This document shows, in pieces, positions 27,797-40,507 of a DNA stretch of 64,000 nucleotides. The stretch lies in assembly GCA_003344405.1 (NCBI GenBank), contig NOWV01000177.1:62001-126000 (forward strand), in the 5' to 3' direction. This DNA comes from Trichoplax sp. H2. Its lineage: Eukaryota. Both the position numbers and the translations under genes were made by a program. The notes under the pieces are model-generated. The model did not search any database, was not told where the DNA came from, and worked only from the letters and a program-made list of their open reading frames with translations. The stretch's first letter is position 1. Every line of letters begins with the position of its first letter.

Positions 27797-29439
27797 AGAA
27801 ACTTTATACTGAAAAAAAAAAGATACAGCTGCAATTAGCATTCACTCTCTTCAAGTCTAACTAACTGTATTAAGTTAAAATTGTAATTTGCAATCATTCA
27901 GCAATTAATTAAATTGATGAATTTGAACCATTTTCGCCTAATTTTAGATCACTACTGTGTAGCGTAAATACTCGATACATGCATTATATACTGTTTCAGT
28001 TCGTAGTTAGTGCCTTGAGTCATGTGTCGAAAATCATCATATACACACAATACAATGCATTAGCATTGGATGACAATACCGTATGTTGTACTATGCTCAT
28101 TGGGTACCGTACAAACTACGTATGGCCAACAATTGGAATGTGTATGAAAATCGGCTGTAAACTGCCGCCAATAGCGTTCCTATGTAACGGACATAGTATC
28201 CAAGCAGCAGCAGAAAATCATTGCCAACACCATCTAAAAAGGAGTTTCTAGCTGCTAGTTTGGACTTTCATCTGTTGTAACGAACGGAATTCAACATAGT
28301 GGCCGCATAAATCTAAAGTAACCTTTACTGGACGGTTCAAGGAGTGCAAGAGGCAAGGAATAAGCTGAATTTGGATCGATTTGGACACCATTGCAAGCTA
28401 TTCGTGAGCAGAAAAGGAGGATCGAGTTTGCATTGGAAATCAGCTAGTGGCGAGATATTCTTAGCAAAGTTGCTGACTAAAATCTGCACAGAGAGAGTTC
28501 CTACTAGATTGGTTAGTTAAAGAATCAAGAAAAAAAGTTAATATTGGATTGATGCAAACGTGTAAGTGAGGATTAACTTGAAAATGAGCATCATAGTCCA
28601 TCTTTAGTTTCATTCTTAGTTGTGATCATTGTGGAATGACCATTGTTGACTAGGTCAGCAAACCAAGCACAGTTTTAAAATAGATGCAGTCGATAGTTAT
28701 TGAATCAGGGAATCGATTGATTTGAACCAGCTTATTTGTAGGTTAGAATTGAAGGAGACAAGTGACAACAAATTCAATTAAATTTTCAGCAACTTCAACA
28801 GCAGAGGTTTTATGGATTAGCTAGATCAGTGGACATTGTGGGTTTCTTCAGGTTAGGTCTAGGTTAAAGGATTGAATTAATCTTCTGTGCTAGCCAAATC
28901 TCTAAAGATATATAAAAAAGAGTTATTAAATCAAGGAATAACTGAATCTAGATCGGTTGACTCGTAGGTTGGGGTTGAATTGAGGGAACTTGTAACAATT
29001 TCAGTTTAGTTCCTCGCAGAGATTTTTTTGGATTGGCTAGGCTGGTAAATTAGAGTGAATTATTTCAAACTTGCGTAAGGAATAAATTGATCTGGGGTCA
29101 GCTTAATCCGTTTATTGGTGGGTTAACTTGGCTAAAGAGAACGTTAAACAATTTCGCTTTAGTTCTCAGTACTTTTTAACTGTAGAGATTTTGCTACATT
29201 GGTAAACAAAGTACATTTTGTTTGACTAAGTCAAGAACTGCGCAATAAATCTTCTCGTATTAATAGCTCAAGTCAAGTGATCGTATTTAGTATTTTACAT
29301 GATTAGGGCAATGGTCAGCCCATCTGGCTGCGGGATAGGTTGTTAGCAAGCTACTCGTCTCTTGGAATGTAGAATTGTATGTTATGTCTACCTACCTATT
29401 ATTGCATTTGCTACCTACATATGTAATGCACATAGAATC

Positions 29440-30480
29440 ATGCTGACGTTAATGCCTGCTTCGCAACGACCAAAGCATCACCTCATTCCTGAAAAGATTA
29501 TACTTAAAGGAAAAACAAGATTAGGAAGGCAAGCTGATATGGTTGATGTGGTCATTAATTCAAATCATTCATTATTAATTAGTCGACTTCATGCCACAAT
29601 CACTCGAAACGAAAGTGGCTACTTCAGCATTGAAAATCATGGCTTAAATGGACTGTTGGTCAATAGTAAATGTATCAAGAGTTGCAATTTATCTCATGGA
29701 GACATTATCGTTTTTGGTGGTGCGGGAAATGGTGCTGTGGTTGGCCAAGAAGTGCAATCTACTCTATCAGAATTGGTCTATCGATTTTGCCAATATACAT
29801 TAGGCGAAGCTAGTTGTACTGTTGATAGCCCTACTGTACATCTTGTTGATGATGATATTGATCAATACGTTGGAGAACAAGCGCAAACAGTTATGCATTC
29901 CAAACGTAAACGCGCCAATAGCCAGGATTCATCAACCTCAACAGAAAAGAAGTCACTAGAGAAAGAGAGCAGTAACTATAACCAAGATTCTTTGTCGGAT
30001 TTGATTGATTTTGTCTGTGAAAATACCTCATTAGATAGCCAGAAGAAACAAGATGATAATAATAATGAAAAACAATCACATAACGAGGAAAATTTTAGTA
30101 AAATTGGTGAAGAATTTACTTGTAGTATATGCCAATCACTTTTAGTTGCTGCCCATTTATTGCCTTGTTCTCACAGTTTTTGCAAAGAATGTATTTATAC
30201 TTGGCTATCTAATCATTCTACATGTCCAACATGTCGAAAGCGTTCTCGTCTATCTCAACTAGTAGCGGAAAAAGTCGTTGATAATGCTATTGCAGTTATG
30301 GCGGAAAAATTTTTAAATGAAGGTGAACTAGCAGATTGGAAATCCCGTTGGAACGACGTCTCTAAGTTTAATTTAAAGTCTCTTTCTGGCAAAGAGAATG
30401 CACATAAAAGGCCAATAGCGAGACGACAGGAAGAATACGAGTTAGACGATGAAGATGATGAAGAAGACGAAGACGATGAA

Positions 30481-30554
<74 letters not shown>

Positions 30555-30948
30555 CTACTATAGCGACACCGATGACGAAGACTTTGAAGTTGACTTTGAT
30601 AATGAGAACGACGAAGACATTAGTTCAGGAAATGCGACAATAAATAATGATCCCTTTGTTATGTACGAAACTGGTGCTGTAACATTCGATATTATACCAA
30701 GTCATGTTATTCTACATCTCCGTTATTCACCGATATCCCGGACTAATTGCAACAAGTGCGGACAAGTTATTACTGTTGGAGCTATTCGATGGACGGCTTC
30801 ATCCTTACATGGCAATAACAACAAATATTATCATTTGCGATGCTTAAGACCAGAACGATCCTACTTTGATACTCATACACTCCGGCTATCTAGTTTTAGT
30901 AGAAGGCAAACGGCCAATATACTAGATTACTTATCAGGAGGGTCGTAA
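29440..30948 (+). CDS. FHA + C3HC4 RING E3 ubiquitin ligase (RNF8-like) with an acidic tract and a C-terminal PARP-type zinc finger
   Basis: Uninterrupted ORF; likely ATG at 29440 just after an AG acceptor. FHA motifs GR, SRxH and NG; RING CSIC...CSHSFCKEC...CPTC (30121-30234) followed by RNF8-like VVDNAI; D/E tract; RYSPISRTNCNKC...YYHLRC. Confidence 0.9.
30448..30555 (+). repeat. Coding (GAT/GAC/GAA)n microsatellite encoding a poly-Asp/Glu tract
   Basis: (GATGAC)n followed by (GAT)n, in frame in the FHA-RING ORF. Confidence 0.95.
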
Positions 30949-32406
30949 GTTATTGCAGACTATCTATTTATTTAAGATCCTATTAATTTGGAGAATATAT
31001 TTGCTTTCAACCAAACTTACTGCAGTATTAGAAACATGCTGACAATATTACAGTATTGGATAGGCCTTCTATTTAGTATTTTATTTCCTGGACGAAAGTC
31101 CGATCATTATAACAGCAAGTATTGTAGTGTATTAAGCATTGCTCAACGTCATCGCCCTCCTGTATGAGGCAGATTTACATATGTTTCTAGTTCAATGTAT
31201 GCCATGCGTATGCATGAAATTTTATATTGGTAAGTTAGTCAGCGGATTACATTTGTTCCTATTGATCAATTCTGACATTTTATTATATATTGATGTTCTA
31301 TAGCTGCGCTAGTTATCAGCTTATTGACAAGCTTTGTGTTTGATGAAGTAAATCTACCAAATTTGTAATGTATATAAGATGTGCGTTTCTGTTATTTTAT
31401 TTTGTAATCTGTTGCTCAATATGTTGCATTGGTAAACTAGTTGCTTTTGGATGGTTTGGTTTATTATAAGAATCATGTTCGCCTAATATATTACAGGTAT
31501 AGGTTAATAAGTTATGACATCTCAAAATTAAGAATTCTGCTGATTTACTTTTTTATCATTAATTGCTATTACAGAATAATAGGATGTAATTGTGCTGTAA
31601 AATTGAACGCCTGTATAGAAATGAAAAACCTGTTCTTTATAAGGAGTTTATTGGCACTGCATAATTTATCAGAGATGACTAGTTACTTCATAAGACGGCT
31701 TTGACGGATAAGGGCCTTATTTGAACTACCATCATGACAGCGCACAATAAATTATATTTTAAAAAAACTAAATGTTTGAACGAAGAAAGTTTCCGCTATT
31801 TAATGAAAGAATAATAAACATGAGCTAAGTATTCGCAATTACATTGATGTATATTTGCAAACCTTAACATCTGCTTGATGCCAGTGCTTACGTATTATAG
31901 TTAGCACTAAGCAAATGTTATCATAAATACCCCCTCAATCTGTAAAGGTTTTAGCATCAGGTAATAACTAGTGCCATAGATATTTTGGCATGTTTTTCAA
32001 AATTTATCGACATGGACTGCATGCCACCATTTTTCAATATTTTGCTTACAGTTTTAAGTTTACAGATTTAAAAAATGGTCGCCTCATTTTAGACTAACAC
32101 GTCAATAAATAATTCGTATTTTTAATCAATTTTCTTTATTTATGAATTTGCTCGCGAGTAAATTACAACCTACAATACAGTTGCAGAGTATTTGAATGAA
32201 CATAATTCAATTATCATAAGCTAGGATTGGATATAGTTTCTCCTGTCATTGATAGAATCAAATGAGATGTAAAGCTTATCATACGAATTTTAACATCCAG
32301 CTAGCAAAATCACAAATTCACAGTATTAATTTAATCATTCCTTTTAGTAAGTTTAAACCGTCATTAATTACATGTACTTTAGTATCTGGATCACATATCA
32401 TACTGC

Positions 32407-33675
32407 TTAATAGGACCCTTTCTTAGGCAAGAAGGAAACTTTCGGGAGTGGCTTGTACAGAAATATTCGCTGTATCTCTCTTTTCATAGAACATGTTGGT
32501 CCATACCATCCATACTGGCAATCGCAAGCGCCTGTTTCCTTATTACAAACACCAAATTTACATCGACAATCGTATTGGCAATTGGGCCCAAATTTATCAT
32601 TAGAACAAGGCTGATCACATTTTTCTCCAGTAAAACCTGCTCGACATCGACAACGGCCAGTAGCAATATCACAGTGATCGCCAAGAGCTGGTTCACATTG
32701 ACATTGTGAAAAGCAATCGATGCCAAATCGGTCCTCACCACATGAGCGTTCACATTGACCACCTACTTGGCCTGGCAGACAGATACATTTGCCATCAATG
32801 TGATTACATTGGCCATCATTTTGACAGTTGCATTTCTGCGAGCAGTCAAGTCCCCAACGACCGCGTGGGCAACGTTGCTCACATTTAGGCCCAATGTAGC
32901 CTGGAGTGCAGATACATCGACCAGTAAATCGATCACAATGAGATCCATGTCTGCAATCGAAACAGGTAGAATTACAATTTGGTCCCCAATGTCCTTCTTT
33001 ACATGGTTGCTCGCAAAATTCACCAGTATAGCCAAGAATGGAATCACATTGGCAATAACCAGAGATAGAATCGCAGCTTGCATTATTCGCACAGTTACAA
33101 ATGGATCTGCATGACAAGCCAAATGATCTTGCAATGGAAGCGGAGCATGGCTTTTCGCATCGAGGACCTGTCCAACCTTCATTGCATCTGCATTCACCAG
33201 TGATATGATCGCAAAGACCATTACTGCTACAGCTGCATACTTCTGCACAGTGTCGACCATAATGTCCAATTGGACAAGGTAGATTACAACGCGGGCCGAT
33301 CCATCCTGGAAGGCAAGTACAGTTTCCAGTGATTGCATGACATGTTGCATTATTTGAGCAGAAACATTTCTCTCGGCAGAAAAGTCCAAATCGTTCATCG
33401 GGGCATTGACATGTTTGCTCATCAGATCCATCTTTACAATCTTTGACGTTATCGCAAACTAGAGTTATATCGATACACTTTCCAGATAGACATCGATGCT
33501 GATGATGACCGCAATATTCCGGTAGCTTTGCGTAAGACGATGCTAAAAAAGCGATTGCATAATTATAAAGAAATTAGCTTGAAATTAATAAATGGACTAT
33601 TTTAATTTTAATTTTACCTGCAGCAAAACTGACTGCAAAAGCAAGTACGATCAATGAATTTGTAGTGAAAGCCAT
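32407..33675 (-). CDS. Secreted protein: signal peptide + LDL-receptor class A domain + about 8 MEGF/laminin-type EGF repeats
   Basis: Exon 1 33618-33675 MAFTTNSLIVLAFAVSFAA (phase 1). Exon 2 32407-33542 is open throughout: CGHHQHRCLSGKCIDITLVCDNVKDCKDGSDEQTC (LDLa), then repeated CxCxNxxxCxxxxGxCxCxxGxxGxxC. No TM segment. Confidence 0.9.
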
Positions 33676-34802
33676 TATCAATTCTACTGAAGGAAAGAGA
33701 AATTACATACGGTTTAGCTAAGATGAATGAAGTATATAATCTTTTCCAGAGAGAATTCGCAATCTATTTCGGTTACTGTACTGTTATTACTTTTATATCT
33801 GGTAGGTGTCAAATGTGAGATTTAACACCGTCGTGTTTTTAGGTAGCCTTGATCATTTGGTGCTATTGCTTATTTCGCAATCTGAAGATGTCGATCTGTT
33901 CAAAACCTGTCTTCTTTACAGTAAACTAAAGTACTACTGTCGAATCGATGAACGAGATGCAATCGTCTTTAATATTAGGATGTACTCTAAAGATACGATC
34001 ACAAGCTTTTACCGATACAGCTATGACTAATTAATATAATTAGCTGCAGGTATAGGGTGACTTTAATGAAATATTAAAGGAATTACTACCAATTAAATAA
34101 AGCAGAAAGGTATACAAATATACCTAATATGTTATTTCACCTAGCTAATTAGATATTTATTAACAACTTCTAAGGAAGGCGAATCAGAAAATACTGGGCA
34201 ATTGCGATCGAATTATTTACTTTCAACTATCTGTCCAATACATTTTTGGCCGAAAGCATAACAATTTCAAAATTCGACAACAGAACGCTTTATTTACAGA
34301 TTAAATATCTCCAAACGCTAATATAAGCGTTGGTCAGCCAGTATAAGGTGTTCAACATCACGGCTACTAATCTTGAAAAATAGTAATAGCGTTCAGTTAT
34401 AGTGTAACGTTGATGCTATCTATTTACTAAAATATCCGTAGTACAGTACCAGAGTCCAATAGTGGATTATAATGGAACTGAAAAGTAAGAAAGAATCGCG
34501 CACAAGATGCGGCAAAGCATATATTCATGATCAACTTTAAATCAACATTATAATGTATATAAAAGTGTAAAAAATTAGTAATTGCTAATATCCTAGTTAT
34601 TTGGCATAAATATTTACAATGAGATAATTAAGCGCTAATGAGTATATTACTATTCACATGGAAACGCAAGAATACGCGATAAGATTTAAATTTCGTGATA
34701 GGCATCACGCTCAATATTTTGGCATTACATCGTTTCCAATTCGAAAGGATTAAAATTAAAATTTTAACTACAAGAGGATATAATTGACAACATAATACTA
34801 AG

Positions 34803-37800
34803 TTAATCATTAGGTTTAATTTGTAACGTAATTTTTTGCTGATTATCGAGACACTCCCTAAGCTTGTCTTCGGTCATTGTTAGCCGTTGCTCTAAAATAG
34901 AAACAGTCTAAAAAATGAAGGGGTGGTTTTTATTTTAGATGCAATAGATAATGTGTTAACGATACTTAGCTATTAAGATTCCCTTCTTAAGAAATTTAAT
35001 TACCTGTGTTAGTACATCTAATTGGCTGACAATATGTTCTAAAGTTCGCGATAACTGTGGTGGGATATCACGCGGTTCTAATGGACTAGTTTCAGCACCA
35101 TTTGCGGCTGTAACATCTTCAGTAGCAGCCTCCTTTTCCAGATATCCGTGATCGGCCATGAGAGTATCGATCTTACTTGACTTCTACAATAATTTGAAAT
35201 GAACATTTTTAAACATCTGCAGAAATGTTAGCAATTAAGAAAATTTCTTACGACAGCATTATCTTACCTTCGGAATAGAAAACATTGCAGGAGCTACATC
35301 GGTAACTTCTGGCGGACGATCAGATAGATCTTTGGGAGTTCTTTTAACATCCAGCTGTGATAATTTTAGCATCAGTGTGAGTTCAAATGGTAAAAATCTA
35401 ATTACATTAGAAATGCACGAACCTGAGTAGGGGGTCTAAAAGTCTTTTTTGGTTGAACGTTTGATGATTGTTTACCGTGGATACTTGCTACTGTAATATC
35501 ATAAGATTCTTACCGATGAATCAATCACATGTAATTTTGTATAGTATTGGATATACACGTGCGGTAATGATCATTGCTACTTACATTCACTGTAATCAAC
35601 CGTATCGAAATTTGTCTTCCATACCATCACCTATAATCCGATCATTAAAGTTAAAAATAAGAACCTCAACTGTAAAATATCACAATTACATGTGCTAAGC
35701 ATCATACCTGCTCATCAGCACCGCCAGACGCAAAGTATTCTCCTGTCGGTGAGAATGTTACCGCTGTAGCAGGGCCCTACCATAATAAGTTGTTTAATTC
35801 ATCATAATATTTCACATACAGTTTACATTATCGATTTAGAATGTTACCTGATGGCCGTGCAACGTATAAAATAGTCGCCCTTCTAGCAAATCGAGTATCT
35901 TACAAAAGAAGACAAAAATAAGCATAAATATATGTTATTGATTGCGTTTGTAGAATAGAATCTTAGCAGCAGGCCCTACAAGTATCGAGACATAGAAATT
36001 ACCTTCAGTGTGGTATCACTTGATGAAGTAATTAAGAAGTTGCCGGAAGGATGGAAAGAAATGCTGTTTATAGCATTGGAATGGACTAATTTTAGGTAAG
36101 GAATAGTTTGATTACATTCGTCATGATCGAATAACACAGGGTTAATATTTCATCGTCAAACTAGGAATGCATAAATATACTCACTTTGGTAATGCTGAAG
36201 AAGTTTATTGATTCTAATGTCCCATATCTGATAAAATTTGATGAGAAATGAAAGTGCAAATTCACTATTAAGCATGACTACATGACTACTTATACAACAC
36301 GATTAATACCTCAGTTTAAACAGTGTGACACATTTCAGTGAAAGATACAAGTAAGAAATTACCTTAACAGTATTGTCCGTTCCTGCCGCTGCAATACAAG
36401 TTCCATTGGGATGAAAAGCAACATCATTAACCATTCTAGATTATTAGTCAGGTATGTCAATAATAGAAGCAAGTCAATATAGCGTGTTTACGAAAAGAAG
36501 TCTTCAAATGTATTGCTTTACTAATGTCAATTAAAGATGGCAATAAAAAGGTAAGCTGATCTTTATAATTTTTGTTCTAATAATTAAGTAAGAATGATTG
36601 AATTACCCAGAATGCTCATAGAAAGTGTGAATACATTCTTTACTGGATCTATCCCATAACTTGACCGTCTTATCATCACTACCAGACACGATAAGTCTAC
36701 CGTCGGGTGAAAATCTAGCTCGTCTGACCCAGTTGAGATGTGCATTGAGAGTAAATTGAAATTTTTGGCGATGTACAGTCCATAGCTATGATGAATTTTA
36801 ATTGGATTGATTGAATGCAAGGGCACAAGTCATTAGATACGGGCTTTAATTTGTGTCCATGCTTTGCACATCAAGTTTACGTCAATACCTTTATTGTTTT
36901 ATCATCAGATGCAGTTAGTAAGGACTGACCATCATTTGAAAAATCGACACATCTGACAGTCCCAGTATGAGCTTTAAACACAGTTGATTCCCCTTTTCTA
37001 TGAATGTTTCAAAGAGATAAGAGTGCTGTTAGTAATGCTTAGCGAATATCAGCTAGGTGATGTAATCTATAGATTATCAAGGCAGGTTTGCACTGATGAA
37101 ATAAGTTTCTTACACGCTGGGTATCCACAAGCGGACAGTTTTATCTCGAGAAGCAGACGCAACTAAATGGCCTGACGGGGAAAATTGAACGTGCATAACA
37201 GCGTCCTGTTAAAAGAATAAGTCGAGAATTTATTCAATATTTGGATTGTATTTGTATCAAAGTATACTACCGATTTACCTTGTGACCAATGAATCGGTAT
37301 GCTCTGGTATGTGCCTTGAAATTCCATATCATTAGACTTGAGTCCATCGAGCCGGTTGCTATTATCAGGTAAATTATTTTCAATAGAATAGATCAGTAAA
37401 CACTAGCAAGGAACTTCAGTTTCCTCTAGGAATAAGATCTACAGTCGATTTACGTTTACTGCTATGCCAAGTCTTTTAATATTAGAGCATATCTAAGCAA
37501 GTGGAATCTATTTGAGTATGTATTTACGATTCAATAGTAATTTTTAGCATATGCATTTGTAGGACGATCTTATTTATAATATATATGTCGTATAAAAGTA
37601 TTATAGCAATCAAGCCGTACTTTCTAAACAGAAACTTAAGTTACACTCATTTAAGCTAGAATTTTGAAACTAATATCTATCTATGGTAATTTCTTGACTA
37701 TCGATTTCAATCTCATGTACAGTGATCGAGTCTACGCGTACATCCTTTTAACTTTGCAAAATTATAGTATAAAGGATAAAAGATAATTAACCGGTGGATG

Positions 37801-38809
37801 AGACTTGAGTAAACATTGAGCACATCTACAGTTTGCAAAAAGTACTGTGGAAAGCCTAGGATACTGATATACATAATCTGATCGTCATACTGTGTTGCTC
37901 AGATAGTTGATCAATGGCATATCAATACCAGTGCATCCAGGACAATCTACTATTTGGATATTATTAAGCAAAGCATTGGGAATATCGATGATCAACATTG
38001 TAAACATTCTACAGCTTGCAAAAAGTACTGTGGAAAGCCTAGGACACTCATATACATAATCTGATCGTCATACTATGTTGCTCAGATAGTTGATTAATGG
38101 CATATCAATAACAGTGCATCAAGGACAATCTACCATTTGGATATTATTAAGCAAAGCATTAGGAATATCGATGATGAACACTGTTTCCGATGATCTAATA
38201 CAGTAAATCATTGACTGTATACTTTATGAACGAAGAGTTTGACTACTCCTATTCAAGTATTCACTAGACTAGGCTATACTGTATTTGGTATACGATTGTA
38301 CTGAAGCTTCACCACTGACTCCATTGTCAGAAATAAGTATCGATTTGTCTACTCGATATTGCGTTAGTTCGATTGATAAGGCAGAACGATAGTTGGACTT
38401 ACCAAGTTGCTTCATATTTGGATTAAAATCGATGCAAGTTACGGTATCTCGATGGCCCTTGAAATGGCGCTCCAACGTGGGATCCTCCTACGTGTTGATA
38501 TAAACATTGATTTCAATTGATCAAAGTATGAACAATGTGTCGATTGAAATCAATCATTTCTGTTGATACTATAGGTGGTTGTAAAGAGAATCACTTGCAT
38601 CCTCTGTATACTAATAGCAGTAAGGAAAATGTACAAAATGATGTCTGATTTTATCTATCTAGTTGGAGAGAGGCAACCCTGACCCATTGTCCATGCCTAC
38701 GTTTTGAAAGACGATTGATGCTGATCTGCTACCATTCTCATGATCTATGTCATGGAATCAATCATCATCATCATCATCGCTATAAAAAATACCTTACCAA
38801 TGCTGTCAT
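34803..38809 (-). CDS. POC1: POC1 centriolar WD40 protein
   Basis: [39 protein letters not shown]..., seven WD40 repeats over in-frame GT-AG exons, and a C-terminal Poc1 coiled coil [29 protein letters not shown]. Confidence 0.96.
37810..38183. repeat. Tandem duplication (~190 bp x2) in POC1 intron 2
   Basis: taaacatt...tgcaaaaagtactgtggaaagcctagga...gaatatcgatgat starts at 37810 and 38001. Confidence 0.9.
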
Positions 38810-39048
38810 GACTTTAGGAATAGAATCAATGGTTTGCTAGTCGATAATGGATGAATCTTGATGGAAATGGACCAGCTAATGGCGGATGATTGAGCTAGTC
38901 GATTGCGTTCTTCAAGTGGTGTTGGCTACGGTCGTAAGGGATGAGGGTAGGGTATCCTTCAACAGGTGGTAGTCAAGGTGATGATGTCAATCGAGGGTGT
39001 TGACTTGAAAGCGAGATGACCGCAGTCCGTTGTGTCATGTGTGTCGTG

Positions 39049-39670
39049 TGTGAAAGGTTCGGTTAGGGTGAAAGACAAGACAAGTTTGAAAGATCGTTGG
39101 AGTGAAGTTCAAGCCGTTTGCTTGTGGTCAGTGTATCAGAACTCTGTCTATTTCAGTACTGTTGCATACACGACAATTCCAATCTAGAGGCCAGAGCAGG
39201 AGATTATTATTTTTTGGCGCGGACATACAAGAGAGAAAATTTAAAATTTTTCACCCACCCTACAGTACAGTGTACATTACGGTGTATTGTACTGTACTGT
39301 ACTGTATTATTTTAAGTGTTCATGCAGAACTACAGTACTGTACACAGTGTACAGTACTGTAGTAATACGAACGAACTACAGTACGCACTCTCTTTCTCCT
39401 CCATCGAATACTGTACTGTACAGTACACTACAGTATACACTGTACTGTACAGTACGGTATACTAAGTACTGTACTGAGCCCACTCAGTACGGTGTGTACT
39501 GTAGTAATATAAACGAACTACGCACTCTCTTTCTACTCCATTGAATACTGTACAGTGTACAGTACAGTACAGGCTAGGTACTGTACACTGTATACTGTAG
39601 AATGTTCCAAGTCCATGACTATACTGTAATACTGTCGAATTGTAGTACTGTAAGTACTGTACTGTATAGT
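39049..39670. promoter_or_regulatory. Probable bidirectional promoter POC1 / GTF3C6-like with a CTGTA/TACAG tract
   Basis: Head-to-head genes; 25-nt motif shared with the RPL29 start (39049-39073, minus strand); TTTGAA at 39085; TTTGGCGC at 39213; GTAC-rich tract 39260-39670. Confidence 0.55.
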
Positions 39671-40507
39671 ATTGTAGTCAACGATGCAGTCTTTTGACTA
39701 CTGGACGATGAGAGACATTGGAACCAATACGATCCAGCAAGCCAGCGCTAGATGAGGCTGATAGCTATGGTTACCAGCACGCACGCAATCCAAAATTCTC
39801 TTCATGTTTTCCTCTATGCAATTCAATTAATTCTAGTAGAATTGGATATGATTTACATGAGATCTATCTGGATTGAATCAAAGTACAGCTAGCGTTGGAT
39901 CTCCAGCAGACTTGAACAGGTTAGACTAGGTATCACTGCCTTCAATGATAATGATGCATTCAATCAGTCCACAGATCGTCTTTCGTTTTACCTTAGCTCG
40001 AACGAATGGAAGCGTAGTGTACAAATATTGGACACAGGTTCGCTATTTAAATGAAATAGGAAGGAATCAAAATAAGAATGAGTGAACAGTTAAATCAATA
40101 AGGACAAACAGACTCATATCACTTAGTATGCAAATTATCAATCAATTGCTGTGATGATGTAATGCTAGCATGGCGGTACGTCTTGTACAGTTGTATATTC
40201 AGAGTGCCACCATCAATGATATACTGTACGTACACTAGACACTAAGTTGCAGAGAAGTCAATTTTTCTTCAAGTTTTAATGAATAACAAGTCATACAGCT
40301 GTTACCATGTTCTGATATCGAATAATGGCCCTATGCTATTGACATTTTCGTGATGCTAATGAGTTGATTCAATTTTTTAGGCAGGTTATTGCGCAGGTAG
40401 ACAACGAGACTTTCTTCAAGTGAATATCCACTAAAGGATACGAATGCAGCTTGTCTCAATCTCTTGACTTATTCATTTGGATCAACTCTCTTTGACGTAG
40501 TGCATCC

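Noticed and set aside
30449-33431. Poly-Met ORF 30449-30643 and alternative-frame ORFs over the EGF gene
   Set aside because: Shadow frames of real coding sequence.
22829-38809. Tubulin, FHA-RING and POC1 as a functional cell-division cluster
   Set aside because: An unrelated secreted gene intervenes, and adjacency in a compact genome is expected; it would need synteny evidence.
13185-39544. Tyr/Cys/Thr/Val-rich ORFs over the CTGTA tracts (13.2-13.8, 20.3-20.8, 39.1-39.5 kb)
   Set aside because: Translation artefacts of low-complexity GTAC-rich DNA.
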